Shown here in pieces: positions 47,841 to 58,415 of a stretch of DNA of 64,000 nucleotides. Both the position numbers and the translations under genes were made by a program. Origin of the DNA: an uncultured Alphaproteobacteria bacterium (GTDB lineage Bacteria; Pseudomonadota; Alphaproteobacteria; RF32; CAG-239). The stretch lies in assembly GCA_944390275.1 (NCBI GenBank), contig CALXPL010000004.1:29139-93138 (forward strand), in the 5' to 3' direction. Below the pieces are notes generated by a model. The model worked only from the letters and a program-made list of their open reading frames with translations, ran no database searches and had not been told where the DNA came from. Position 1 is the stretch's first letter. Each line of letters begins with the position of its first letter.

Positions 47841-49014
47841 TAAAAAATTGAAAATTTATTTAATTGCCGGAGAACCTTCGGGAGATTTATTGGGTTCGCG
47901 GTTAATGCGTGCTTTAAAACAAAAGACCGAAAATAAGATAAAATTTTATGGTGTCGGAGGCGATACCATGGAAGCCGAAGGTTTGAAATCGCTGTTCGAT
48001 ATTTCGGATTTAGCGGTTATGGGATTGGTTGAGGTTTTACCGAGTATTCCGAAAATTTTAGGATTGATAAAAAGAACGGTAACCGATATTGAACGAGTAA
48101 AACCCGATGTTGTCATTACCGTAGATAGTTGGAGTTTTTCTTCGCGAATACATAAAGCCCTGCGCAAAAAGAATTTGAATATTCCGCAAGTCCATTATGT
48201 TGCACCGCAAGTCTGGGCATGGAAAAAGAAACGAGCCAAAACAATGTACAAATATATTGATTTATTACTGACATTGTTTCCCTATGAACCGAAATATTTT
48301 ACACCATACCATTTGCAAGCAGAGTTTGTCGGTCATCCTGTAATCGAAAGCGAAGTTGTTCATGCCGATGCTTCACAGTTTCGCAAGAAGTATAAAATCA
48401 GCGATGATAAAAAAATCATAACGGTTTTGCCGGGGTCAAGGAAGAATGAAGTTTCGAAACTTTTGCCGGTATTTTTGCAGGCTGTGGCAAAATTGCAGGA
48501 AGAAAATAAAAATTACTTTTTTGTTATTCCGACCGTAAAGACTGTTTCCGAAAATGTGAAAAAAATGGTAAAGGCTTCAGGACAGAAGATTTTGATAGTG
48601 GAAAATCAGAATGACCGTTACGGAGCTTTTCGCTCCTCATCGGCAGCCATAGCGGCATCGGGAACGGTTGCTTTGGAATTGGCCATTTGCGATGTTCCGC
48701 ATATCATAGCCTATAAGGTCTCTCCGTTAACGGCATTATTGGTAAAACGTTTCTTGAAAATAGAATTTGTGAATTTATCGAATATATTGATTGGTCGGGA
48801 AATTGTCCCTGAATTGTTGCAGGAAAGATGTGTTTCGGGTAACATAGCCGCTTATATTCAGCATTTTATCAATCAAGATGATGATTGGTATGAAAAACAA
48901 AAAGAAGGTTTCGCCAAAGTCCGAGAGATACTCGGGCAGGGCGAACAGAAGCCAAGCGAAAATGCGGCAGACATAATTTTGAATTTAATAGGAAAAGCCA
49001 AGAAAGAAAAATAA
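47833..49014 (+). CDS. lpxB: Lipid-A-disaccharide synthase
   Basis: 393 aa, KIYLIAGEPSGDLLGSRLMRALK N-terminus typical of LpxB. The start overlaps the lpxI stop. Confidence 0.9.
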   Translation: MTDKKLKIYLIAGEPSGDLLGSRLMRALKQKTENKIKFYGVGGDTMEAEGLKSLFDISDLAVMGLVEVLPSIPKILGLIKRTVTDIERVKPDVVITVDSWSFSSRIHKALRKKNLNIPQVHYVAPQVWAWKKKRAKTMYKYIDLLLTLFPYEPKYFTPYHLQAEFVGHPVIESEVVHADASQFRKKYKISDDKKIITVLPGSRKNEVSKLLPVFLQAVAKLQEENKNYFFVIPTVKTVSENVKKMVKASGQKILIVENQNDRYGAFRSSSAAIAASGTVALELAICDVPHIIAYKVSPLTALLVKRFLKIEFVNLSNILIGREIVPELLQERCVSGNIAAYIQHFINQDDDWYEKQKEGFAKVREILGQGEQKPSENAADIILNLIGKAKKEK

Positions 49015-49017
49015 AAA

Positions 49018-50544
49018 ATGGGATTGATAGATATAATTGATACAACGGTTCGAGACGGAGAACAAACCAGCGGTGTTGCGTTTAAAGCACAAGAAAAATT
49101 AGTTATAGTTAGTCGTTTGTTGGAAGATGTCGGAGTTAATCGTTGCGAAGTATCAAGTGCTAAGGTAAGCCCTGAAGAACAAAAGACTTTAAGTTTGATT
49201 ATGGATTGGGCAAGAGATAAAGGCTTTGCCGACAAAGTCGAAGTGCTAAGTTTTACGGACTATAATAAATCGATAGATTGGCTGTTGCCCACGGGATGCC
49301 GCCATATTAATCTGTTGACCAAAGGCTCGCAAAAACATTGCGAAATGCAACTGAGAAAAAGCCTGAATGAACATTTGGAAGATGTAAAAAAGACAATTAA
49401 TTATGCGCATGATAAAGGATTTAGCGCAAATGTTTATTTGGAAGATTGGTCGAACGGCATCAAAAACAGTCCCGATTATGTTTGGAAAATGTTGGACAAG
49501 TATGAAAATTTAGGATTTGAGAGAATAATTTTGCCGGATACTTTAGGCGTTTTAAATCCTTTCGATACTTATAAATTGATTGAAGAAACACGAAAGCGTT
49601 ATCCTCACTTGTGCTTTGAGTTTCATGCCCACAATGATTATGGTATGGCGGTTGCCAATTCCTTAGCTGCGGTTAATGCCGGAGTAAAAGGTGTTCACGT
49701 AACCGTAAACGGTTTGGGAGAAAGAACGGGTAATGTCGATTTGGCACAAATTGTTGCCTCAATTAAGGACCATACAAATTTTTCAACAACGGTAAATGAA
49801 CAAAAATTAAAAGAAATAAGTATTTTGGTAGAAACATTCAGCGGCAAGAGAATTGCTCCGAATATGCCGATTTTGGGAAAAGATGTTTTTACGCAAACGG
49901 CAGGGATTCATGCGGATGGCGATAAAAAAGGCAATTTGTATGAATCAAAATTACAACCGACAAGATTTGACCGAGTTCGCGATTATGCCTTGGGAAAATT
50001 GTCAGGCAAAGCCAGTTTGGAAATGAATTTGAAACGCTTGGGCATTAATTTGAATGATGACCAAAAAAAGAAGTTGTTGGAAAAAATCGTTGAATTAGGA
50101 GATTTAAAGAAAAAAGTAACTCCCGAAGATTTACCTTTTTTAATATCGGATTTGTTAGGCGGTCATCGTTATAAGAGTTTTCGTATTGTCGGTTGCGTTG
50201 TAACCACGAGTTTGCGCATGAAACCATGTGCGAATATTCAGGTTGAATACAAAGGAAAGTTTTATGAGAGTGTCGCCAGCGGCAGCGGCGGATATGATGC
50301 CTTTATGAATGCATTGGAAAAGATTTCGGGCAAAATGGGCATTAAGATACCGCGGTTGATAGATTTTGAAATTACCATTCCTCCCGGAGGAAACAGTAAC
50401 TCCTTGGTCGAAGCTGTAATTAAGTGGGATAACGGATTGATAACCCATGCGGTATCATCCGATCAGGTAAAAGCTGCGATAAAAGCCACCGAACGCGTAA
50501 TGAATCTTTTGGATACGGGAGTATCACAAGAAATTTCGGCTTAA
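49018..50544 (+). CDS. cimA: (R)-citramalate synthase / 2-isopropylmalate synthase-family enzyme (CimA/LeuA-like)
   Basis: IIDTTVRDGEQTSGVAF and HAHNDYGMAVANSLAAVNAGV HMGL-like motifs plus the C-terminal LeuA-dimerisation regulatory domain. 508 aa. Confidence 0.75.
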   Translation: MGLIDIIDTTVRDGEQTSGVAFKAQEKLVIVSRLLEDVGVNRCEVSSAKVSPEEQKTLSLIMDWARDKGFADKVEVLSFTDYNKSIDWLLPTGCRHINLLTKGSQKHCEMQLRKSLNEHLEDVKKTINYAHDKGFSANVYLEDWSNGIKNSPDYVWKMLDKYENLGFERIILPDTLGVLNPFDTYKLIEETRKRYPHLCFEFHAHNDYGMAVANSLAAVNAGVKGVHVTVNGLGERTGNVDLAQIVASIKDHTNFSTTVNEQKLKEISILVETFSGKRIAPNMPILGKDVFTQTAGIHADGDKKGNLYESKLQPTRFDRVRDYALGKLSGKASLEMNLKRLGINLNDDQKKKLLEKIVELGDLKKKVTPEDLPFLISDLLGGHRYKSFRIVGCVVTTSLRMKPCANIQVEYKGKFYESVASGSGGYDAFMNALEKISGKMGIKIPRLIDFEITIPPGGNSNSLVEAVIKWDNGLITHAVSSDQVKAAIKATERVMNLLDTGVSQEISA

Positions 50545-50565
50545 ATTGAATTGAAAAGGTTTTGC

Positions 50566-51114
50566 TTACAGGTCAACCACAAAATATTCGCAGTTGCTGA
50601 ATTGACGAGGTAAACCGAAAAAATGCAAGTATAAATTATACATTAAAGCTCCGTGAGTCGCAACGGCAACACGCTTTTCTGAAGAAGCTTCTTTAATTTT
50701 GTGCAAAGCATTAAGACTTCTGTTCAAACTATCGTTAACGGTTTCACCGCCGGGGATTTTTGTATCAAAACAAAGCGGATTATTCAAATCGTGGATTATG
50801 GCAAGAATATCGGCAAATTTTGCATGAGCATCATCAAGCAACATATGTTCTGCTTCACCGAAGTGTACTTCTTCCAATCCATCGACGGGCACAACGGTTG
50901 CCTTGCAAGCAGAAGCCACAATTTGGGCAGTTTGTCGAGCACGAAGCATTTTACTGGAATAAATAACAGGAAATTTTAGAAGAGAAAAAATCTCTCCGAG
51001 AGCTTCAGCTTGTTCTTCACCGGTTTGATTTAAGGGAATGTCAACACCGGAACCTTGCACGATTTTTATAAGATTTCCATCAGTCTGACCATGGCGAAAG
51101 ATATAAAAAAGCAT
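50566..51114 (-). CDS. Histidine phosphatase family protein (phosphoglycerate mutase-like)
   Basis: Start at MLFYIFRHGQTDGN (RHG catalytic motif) with an aggagtg RBS. The ORF track extends to 51240. Confidence 0.7.
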   Translation of the reverse strand: MLFYIFRHGQTDGNLIKIVQGSGVDIPLNQTGEEQAEALGEIFSLLKFPVIYSSKMLRARQTAQIVASACKATVVPVDGLEEVHFGEAEHMLLDDAHAKFADILAIIHDLNNPLCFDTKIPGGETVNDSLNRSLNALHKIKEASSEKRVAVATHGALMYNLYLHFFGLPRQFSNCEYFVVDL

Positions 51115-51260
51115 AAACACACTCCTAAAAAAAACAAAATCCGAAAAGAGAATAATAAATTGTAATAAATTTTGAAGAGGAGAAAATGATTTTTTAACAG
51201 AAAATTTATATATTTCATTCATTATTTCAACAGCAAACAATTGAAAGGAGATAAGAAAAG

Positions 51261-53879
51261 ATGGCTGTAAAAAAAGTTGAAGCTCCTCAAGAAATCGATG
51301 AGCAAAAACATATAGACGATTTGGTCAACAAAGTCAGCGAAGCGCAGAAAAAGTTTGCAACTTATTCGCAAGAACAAGTTGATGAAATATTCAGACGCGT
51401 TGCTTTAAAAATGAGTTCTTTGCGCATTCCTTTGGCAAAGATGGCTGTTGAAGAAACAGGGATGGGTGTTTGGGAAGATAAGGTTATAAAGAACCATTTT
51501 GCTTCCGAATATATTTATAATAAATTTAAGCATACGAAAACTTGCGGTATCATACACGAAGATGCTGCCGGCGGTTTGATACAAATAGCGGAACCTTTAG
51601 GTGTTATAGCCGGTGTTGTTCCGACGACAAATCCGACATCGACGGCAATTTTTAAAGCCTTAATTGCGTTGAAAACGCGCAACGGCATTATTTTTTCTCC
51701 GCACCCGAGAGCAAAAAAATGCACGGTTGAAACGGCAAGATTAATGTTGGAAGAAGCCGTAAAAGCCGGAGCTCCGGAAAATATTATCGGCTGGATTGAA
51801 AACCCGACGATTAATATGACACAATTATTGATGGCGCACCCGAAAGTCGATGTTATTTTGGCAACCGGTGGACCGGGGATGGTTAAAGCGGCTTATTCTT
51901 CAGGCAAGCCGGCATTAGGCGTTGGAGCCGGAAATGCACCGGCGGTAATAGATGAAACCGCAGATATTGAAATGGCTGTCAGCTCAATCTTAATGTCCAA
52001 AACTTTTGATAACGGAATGATTTGTGCTTCGGAACAGTCGGTTGTTTGCGTAAAAGATGTCTATGACGCCGTTAAAGCAGAGTTTATCAAACGCGGAGCC
52101 TATATTTTAAGCCCGAAAGAAAAAGAAAAACTCGGCAAAGTCATCATGATAGACGGAAAGTTAAATTCTAAAATCGTTGGTCAAAAAGCAGCAACGATTG
52201 CCGAAATGGCAGGAATTAAAGTCGATAAAGATACCAAAGCACTTTTGGCAGAATGTAAAGAAGTTGGAGCTCAAGAACCGTTCTCTGCCGAAAAATTATC
52301 TCCGGTTTTGGCACTTTATAAAGCCAATGATTTTAAGTCAGCCACGGCCAGAGCCAAAGAATTGGTTACCCATGGCGGAGCAGGGCATACGTCAATTTTA
52401 TATACGGCGCAACACAATGATGACCGCATTAAATATTTCGGAACGGAATTACATACGGGAAGAATAATGATTAACTGCCCGTCAGCACAAGGTGCAATCG
52501 GAGATATTTATAACTTCCGTTTGGAACCGTCCTTAACATTAGGCTGCGGCTCATGGGGCGGAAACTCGGTAAGTGAAAATGTGGGGGTAAAACATCTGAT
52601 GAATATAAAATCGGTAGCAAAAAGAGAAGAAAATATGTTGTGGTTCAGAGTTCCGAGCAAGATTTACTTCAAGCCGGGGTCATTGCCGGTAGCATTAAAA
52701 GAATTAAAAGGTAAGAAAAAAGCCTTTATCGTTACTGATAAACCTTTGTTTGATTTAGGTTATACCAAACATATTACCGATGTTTTGGAAGAAATCGGAA
52801 TTACGTTCCAAATATTCAGCGATGTCAAGCCGGATCCGGATTTAACAACCATAAATCAGGCCATAAAAATGTTAAACAGTTTTGAGCCGGATATTATCAT
52901 AGCCTTAGGTGGAGGCTCACCGATTGATGCGGCAAAAATATTGTGGTTGATGTATGAGCATCCTGAATTGAAGTTTGAAGATTTGGCAATGCGCTTTATG
53001 GATATTCGTAAGAGAATATTTGAATTTCCGCCGTTGGGAGAAAAAGCGACAATGGTCGCTATTCCGACCACATCAGGAACAGGTTCTGAAGTAACACCGT
53101 TCTCGATTATTACCGATGATTCGGTAGGTGTAAAATATGCAATTGCGGATTATGCCTTGACACCGAATATGGCAATTGTAGATGCAAACTTGGTTCAATC
53201 AATGCCTAAAGGATTGTGTGCAGCATCAGGAATTGACGTAATGACACACGCACTTGAATCTTATGTTTCTTCAATGGCAACAGAATTTACGCGTGGTTTG
53301 TCAATACAGGCCGGACAGTTGATTATGCAATATTTGCCAAAATCCTACCAAGAAGCAGAACCTTATGCAAGAGAAAGAGTTCATCATGCTTCGACAATAG
53401 CCGGTATGGCTTTTGCCAATGCTTTCTTAGGAGTATGCCACTCCATGGCGCATAAGTTAGGAGCTGCCTTCCATATTCCGCATGGATTTGCAAATGCGTT
53501 GTTAATATGTCAGGTCATTCGTTATAACGCAACGGATAAACCGATAAAACAATGTGTTTTCCCGCAATATCGTTTTCCGAATACCAAAGCCGCATATGCC
53601 GCTTTTGCCGAGGCTTTGGGAATAAGCGGAAAAGATGACGATGCCAAAGTCAACGGTTTAATCAAAGCCCTTCAAGATTTGAAGAAAACTTTGAATATTC
53701 CGATGTCGATAAAAGAATGGGGTATTTCGAAAAAAGATTGGGATAAAGCTATGGAAGAATTGCCGGTTTTGGCCTTTGATGACCAATGCACGGGAGCCAA
53801 TCCGCGTTATCCTCTGATTGAAGAAATCCGCAAACTTTATAATTACGCCTATGAAGGAAAAACGGATTTTAATATATAA
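51261..53879 (+). CDS. adhE: Bifunctional acetaldehyde-CoA / alcohol dehydrogenase
   Basis: 872 aa. N-terminal aldehyde dehydrogenase (catalytic Cys in DNGMICASEQS) and C-terminal iron-containing ADH (GGGSPIDAAK, histidine-rich metal site). Confidence 0.95.
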   Translation: MAVKKVEAPQEIDEQKHIDDLVNKVSEAQKKFATYSQEQVDEIFRRVALKMSSLRIPLAKMAVEETGMGVWEDKVIKNHFASEYIYNKFKHTKTCGIIHEDAAGGLIQIAEPLGVIAGVVPTTNPTSTAIFKALIALKTRNGIIFSPHPRAKKCTVETARLMLEEAVKAGAPENIIGWIENPTINMTQLLMAHPKVDVILATGGPGMVKAAYSSGKPALGVGAGNAPAVIDETADIEMAVSSILMSKTFDNGMICASEQSVVCVKDVYDAVKAEFIKRGAYILSPKEKEKLGKVIMIDGKLNSKIVGQKAATIAEMAGIKVDKDTKALLAECKEVGAQEPFSAEKLSPVLALYKANDFKSATARAKELVTHGGAGHTSILYTAQHNDDRIKYFGTELHTGRIMINCPSAQGAIGDIYNFRLEPSLTLGCGSWGGNSVSENVGVKHLMNIKSVAKREENMLWFRVPSKIYFKPGSLPVALKELKGKKKAFIVTDKPLFDLGYTKHITDVLEEIGITFQIFSDVKPDPDLTTINQAIKMLNSFEPDIIIALGGGSPIDAAKILWLMYEHPELKFEDLAMRFMDIRKRIFEFPPLGEKATMVAIPTTSGTGSEVTPFSIITDDSVGVKYAIADYALTPNMAIVDANLVQSMPKGLCAASGIDVMTHALESYVSSMATEFTRGLSIQAGQLIMQYLPKSYQEAEPYARERVHHASTIAGMAFANAFLGVCHSMAHKLGAAFHIPHGFANALLICQVIRYNATDKPIKQCVFPQYRFPNTKAAYAAFAEALGISGKDDDAKVNGLIKALQDLKKTLNIPMSIKEWGISKKDWDKAMEELPVLAFDDQCTGANPRYPLIEEIRKLYNYAYEGKTDFNI

Positions 53880-53895
53880 TCCCAAAAGAATGTTC

Positions 53896-53926
53896 AAAAA
53901 GCTCTTGAATTTCAAGAGCTTTTTCT
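53896..53926 (+). terminator. Rho-independent terminator after adhE
   Basis: Perfect palindrome gctcttg-aattt-caagagc followed by ttttt. Confidence 0.65.
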
Positions 53927-54051
53927 TTGTAAAAGTTAAGGCTGTTAACAAAATATTAAAAAAACTTCAAATTAAGAAAAAAAAGAATAAATTGTAATGT
54001 GAGTTAGATTCAAATTTGGGGAAATTTGAAGAAAATAGGGGAAATATATTT

Positions 54052-57000
54052 ATGTCAAATGAGATAAAAGAAAATACAGACAATAAAAAAGAAGTATTGC
54101 ATCAAAATTATGGGGAAGAGATAGATTCTCAAAATACTTGGCTGACAAAAAATTTATACAAGTTGATGATATGGATAAGTATCATCTGGTTTGCTGTTAT
54201 TTTAATATATATTACCCAATTTTTCGGATGGTCGAATTTGTTTTTAATGATGCCGGATGAATTTGGCGGCTTCATGGCAGGAATAACCTTGCCGCTAGCC
54301 ATTATCTGGGTCGTCATGGCCTACATAGACAGAGGCACGAGTTTTAAGAACGAAGCACGCTTTTTAAGAGCCTATATGAATCAGTTAGTTTATCCGGAAG
54401 ACGGCGGAGCTCAAACGGCGAAAGCCATGGCGGATGCTATACGTTCGCAAGTTAGTGAGTTGCAAGAAGCAACAAAACAGGCCACGATACAAACGGAAAA
54501 GATTCGCGTCGAATTAGGAGAAAGGGTTGATGACTTTGCCAAGATTATCTCGGTATTAGATAATTATTCATCGCACACGGTAGGAGAATTAGCTCGTACG
54601 GTAAAAGAGTTAGCGGGAAATTTAGATTCGATAAATGAGAGAACCCTAAATTCAACAGAGAATTTCCGTAACAGTGTTAATAGTTTATCGAGTACCTATG
54701 AAGAATTGCAAAAAGATACGGAAGAACTTTTAGTAAAGATTTCGCCTAAAGTCAACGACATAAGAGCCACATCGATTGTATTAAAAAGTAGTTCGGAAGA
54801 AGCCTACGGTAATTTATTGAAGGCAAATGAGCTGGTAAAAGATTTGTCGGAAAAGACAGCCAATAATATAAGCAATGCAACGGTATTACTCAATGAGCAT
54901 ATAGAAGAAATAGAGCAGAGTACGGAAAGGACGGTTGAACGTTGTAAAGCCATGAGTGAAGATTTAAAAGGCAATGTCAATTTAATTGAGAACATAATGG
55001 GCGACCAAAATAAACATTTGTTAGAAAATGTAAAGATATTGGAGCAAGGCGGAGATATGATTCGTCAAAAACTATCGGAACACGGGGCTTTAGTCAGTAC
55101 GGAAGTCGATAGGATTATGACAAAGACCAAGGCAATAGAAGAAAGTATCTCCATGCAGGTAAGAGAATTAAGCGGAGTATCAGAAGAAGTTTACAGCTCT
55201 ATGCTCAATGCCGAAAACAACATCAAAGAACAAGCGGATAGATTAGAAAAGACAACGGAAATAGCTGTAAACAATATTAATACAGTCGTCGGAAGTTTGT
55301 CAAACGAAGCAAGTGCCGTAGCGGAAATAGCCGACAAAACGATATTAAAGACGACGGCAATGACAGAAGATATGGTCAATAAACAAGGGACGATGGAAAA
55401 AGTATCGGCAAGTTTGCAAGATAATATTAATGCGATTGCACAAGAATTAAAAGGCAGGACAGAACAGGTTAAGGCACAAACGACAAATTGTATTGAACAA
55501 TTTAATGCTGTTTCAGCAAATATGAAAAAGAATACGGAAATACTATCAGATGCGACTTCAGTGGTCGTTGCGCAGAGCAAAGTCAGTGAAGCGGCCTTGG
55601 CTCAACAACAACGTCATATCAGCAGTTCGGTAAGTCATCTTGAAGAGATAAAGAGCGAATTAAAGCGCGAAATGGATGAGTTAATGAGGACATCGACATT
55701 GGTAAATGAAAATGCCCTTAATGCCGTAAGTGATATTAAAGATAAGATGGAACAAGCCTTAAATGCATCAGAAAATGTAGTTGCACAAACGAGAAAGCTG
55801 AGTGCGGAATTATCGGGACAAAACGATAATTTCATTAAGTCAGCAGATTATACGGTAGAGAAAGTTTTAGGCTTAAATGCCGTATTGGATAAAAATTGTC
55901 AAAGATTGGATGAGTTTTCAAAAGAATTGGATGTTCGAACTAATAATCTTTTAGATAATGTTAATCAGCAAGTAGATTTGTTGAATGCGCATACAGAAAA
56001 TACGGAAAAAACGCATAAAGAATTGTTAGCCTCCTTTACGGAGCAAAACAGATTGCTTAATAGTGTAGCAGAAGAAACGGTAAGTTATGTTTCAGATGTA
56101 ACGAAAGCATTAGATGAAAAAGTAGAAACGGTCAGCATGTTGTTTAAGCATCAAGAAAATGAGTTTTATAGCATTTGCGACAGGATAGCTGAAAATACCA
56201 ATAACATAGGAAATTCATTAAAGAAGCAAGTTTCTGTAATAGAACAAAATGCGGATAAAGTGTTCTCACGTTTAGCAGTTTTGGAAGAAGATGCCAATAA
56301 CCGAGCCCATACCATTAATGAAAATACAGAAAAGACAATAGATAAATTGACATTATTGAACCAAGCGGTAGGAGAACAGAATACGGAAATAATGACTCAA
56401 ATTGAAGAAATGCACGGAAAGTTAGAAGGTGTATCCGAACAGTTTAAGCAACAAGCGGTTGAATTAAATAATATCGTTGATGGAATTAGGCACGGAGCCG
56501 ATGAAGTTGTAGGAACAATAATGAATGGTTGCGATCAAATGAACAAGGCAAACGATAATTTGTCGGAAAGAGGTCGGATAGTCAGCAATATTATGGATGG
56601 ACATTTAAAGAGTTTGGACAGTTCTTTGGCAAAGGCCAAAACACAAAGCGATATGATAAAAGAAACCTTATCGGGGCAAATTGATAGTCTGAGTGATATT
56701 GTTAATGTTGTATCGACTCAAGCACGCTTGGGAGAAGCCTCCTTGGCTCAACAGTACAAATATTTGTCGGATACATCATCAGATTTGGCAAAGAAAATGT
56801 CTGATATCAATGAACAATTTAAAGCCAATACGGAAATAGTTTCTGATGGAACGAACAAACTGTCTTATGAATTTGATGTTATTAGCGACAAGTTGATAAA
56901 AGTAAGTGAAGAAGTAAATAAAAATTCTAAAAATTCGATTCGTAATATGGAACAGGTAGGAATATCCTTGAGTCAAGTATCGGATGATTTAAATGCGGCC

Positions 57001-58029
57001 GTAAATGCATCAGGAGAAAAAATCAATTCGATAATTAAAGAATACCAAAATAATGTTTCCGGTTTCAATACGGTAACGGCAGAAGCAAGTTCAGGAGTTG
57101 TTGAAATTAATAATTTGATAGCGCAGCAAAGCGACAAGATGTTGAAATTATCTGATGGCACAAAAGAATTAGTAGGCTTCTTCAATACAGTATTAAATGA
57201 TACATCGGTACAATTAACCGAGAGAGCGAATGAGGCTTATGACAAAGTGAAGGGATTAGAAGAAAACTTCAAGAAGTTAAGTATTATGTTAACGGATACC
57301 AGCAAACAAAGCACGCACAACATGGAAGATGCGGGAACAAAATTAAGAGCATCATTGAGTGAAGCGGCAGCCAATGCGGAAAGGATATCCAATGACATAC
57401 GCAACTCGGGAGAAGTTTTCTTAAAACAAACGAAAGTCTTATCAACGGCAAGTTCCGATGCGTTGGATAAGGTAAATACGGCAATAGGAGGATTATTAGA
57501 TGTTTCTCATAATTTTGCCAATTGTAGTGATGATATTGTTCAAAAAGCAAACGGTTTTAACACAATATTCAAGAAACAGTTAGATACATTGATAGATACA
57601 TCATCAAAAGCGGAGTTGAAGATAAAAGACATAAATAAAGTCTATGAGGGATTAAAGGTTGATGTATTTTTGCGTAATGCGTCTTACATTTTGGAAAGAC
57701 TTGAGTCTTCGGCCGTAGATATTAGCCGTATTTTCAATCCAGAAGTTGAAGAAGATTTGTGGAAGAAATATTATAACGGCGATACATCGGTATTTGTAAG
57801 ACATTTAGCCAAATCATTGAGTCGTAGCCAGATTATAGCAATAAAGAATGAATACGAAAAGAACAGCGAATTCCGTGATATAGTCAGCCGATATTTAACA
57901 GATTTTGAGAGTTTGGTAAACAAAGCTCGTGATAGTGAAAATTCGGGATTATTGTTGTCTGTTATTTCGGGAGCGGATGTCGGAAAGTTGTATTATGTTT
58001 TAGCGAAGTCTTTGGATAGAATAAACTAA
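54052..58029 (+). CDS. Giant membrane-anchored coiled-coil protein (~1,325 aa), function unknown
   Basis: Two N-terminal TM helices (LMIWISIIWFAVILIYI; GFMAGITLPLAIIWVVMAYI), then ~1,200 aa of low-complexity E/K/Q/N/S/T-rich sequence with heptad-like periodicity, weakly reminiscent of HAMP/MCP signalling helices. Start at the ATG with a gggga RBS. The ORF track starts at 54016. Confidence 0.5.
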   Translation: MSNEIKENTDNKKEVLHQNYGEEIDSQNTWLTKNLYKLMIWISIIWFAVILIYITQFFGWSNLFLMMPDEFGGFMAGITLPLAIIWVVMAYIDRGTSFKNEARFLRAYMNQLVYPEDGGAQTAKAMADAIRSQVSELQEATKQATIQTEKIRVELGERVDDFAKIISVLDNYSSHTVGELARTVKELAGNLDSINERTLNSTENFRNSVNSLSSTYEELQKDTEELLVKISPKVNDIRATSIVLKSSSEEAYGNLLKANELVKDLSEKTANNISNATVLLNEHIEEIEQSTERTVERCKAMSEDLKGNVNLIENIMGDQNKHLLENVKILEQGGDMIRQKLSEHGALVSTEVDRIMTKTKAIEESISMQVRELSGVSEEVYSSMLNAENNIKEQADRLEKTTEIAVNNINTVVGSLSNEASAVAEIADKTILKTTAMTEDMVNKQGTMEKVSASLQDNINAIAQELKGRTEQVKAQTTNCIEQFNAVSANMKKNTEILSDATSVVVAQSKVSEAALAQQQRHISSSVSHLEEIKSELKREMDELMRTSTLVNENALNAVSDIKDKMEQALNASENVVAQTRKLSAELSGQNDNFIKSADYTVEKVLGLNAVLDKNCQRLDEFSKELDVRTNNLLDNVNQQVDLLNAHTENTEKTHKELLASFTEQNRLLNSVAEETVSYVSDVTKALDEKVETVSMLFKHQENEFYSICDRIAENTNNIGNSLKKQVSVIEQNADKVFSRLAVLEEDANNRAHTINENTEKTIDKLTLLNQAVGEQNTEIMTQIEEMHGKLEGVSEQFKQQAVELNNIVDGIRHGADEVVGTIMNGCDQMNKANDNLSERGRIVSNIMDGHLKSLDSSLAKAKTQSDMIKETLSGQIDSLSDIVNVVSTQARLGEASLAQQYKYLSDTSSDLAKKMSDINEQFKANTEIVSDGTNKLSYEFDVISDKLIKVSEEVNKNSKNSIRNMEQVGISLSQVSDDLNAAVNASGEKINSIIKEYQNNVSGFNTVTAEASSGVVEINNLIAQQSDKMLKLSDGTKELVGFFNTVLNDTSVQLTERANEAYDKVKGLEENFKKLSIMLTDTSKQSTHNMEDAGTKLRASLSEAAANAERISNDIRNSGEVFLKQTKVLSTASSDALDKVNTAIGGLLDVSHNFANCSDDIVQKANGFNTIFKKQLDTLIDTSSKAELKIKDINKVYEGLKVDVFLRNASYILERLESSAVDISRIFNPEVEEDLWKKYYNGDTSVFVRHLAKSLSRSQIIAIKNEYEKNSEFRDIVSRYLTDFESLVNKARDSENSGLLLSVISGADVGKLYYVLAKSLDRIN

Positions 58030-58052
58030 GGATAAGATACTAAGGAAAAGGA

Positions 58053-58415
58053 ATGGGAATTACGACATCACAAGGCTATAGTCGCATAGACACACTTCTC
58101 CGAGACATATCGTTTTATTCGGATAAGATAAAGTCGAAAGGTCGTTCGGGAGAAGAAGGTTCCGCAAAAGGAGATTATGGCGAATGGTCGTTTTTTTCGC
58201 AGCCGGAAGTTGATAAGAGAAATTCGCGTTTGTCGGGAAGTTTAGCTTTTTCGGCACAAAAATTGGCTAGTCAGAAAGACTACGTTAAATTTTCTCGTCC
58301 AAGTAGGAGCTATGCTGTTGAGAGTTACGAAGCGGCATACAAATACGAGAAAAAAAGTAGAGTTATTCCAGGCATAGTTCATGAATACAATCGAAATTTT
58401 AACTTTAAGATATGA
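58053..58415 (+). CDS. Hypothetical protein, 120 aa, overlapping the dusB start
   Basis: ORF only. Its stop overlaps the dusB ATG. Confidence 0.35.
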   Translation: MGITTSQGYSRIDTLLRDISFYSDKIKSKGRSGEEGSAKGDYGEWSFFSQPEVDKRNSRLSGSLAFSAQKLASQKDYVKFSRPSRSYAVESYEAAYKYEKKSRVIPGIVHEYNRNFNFKI

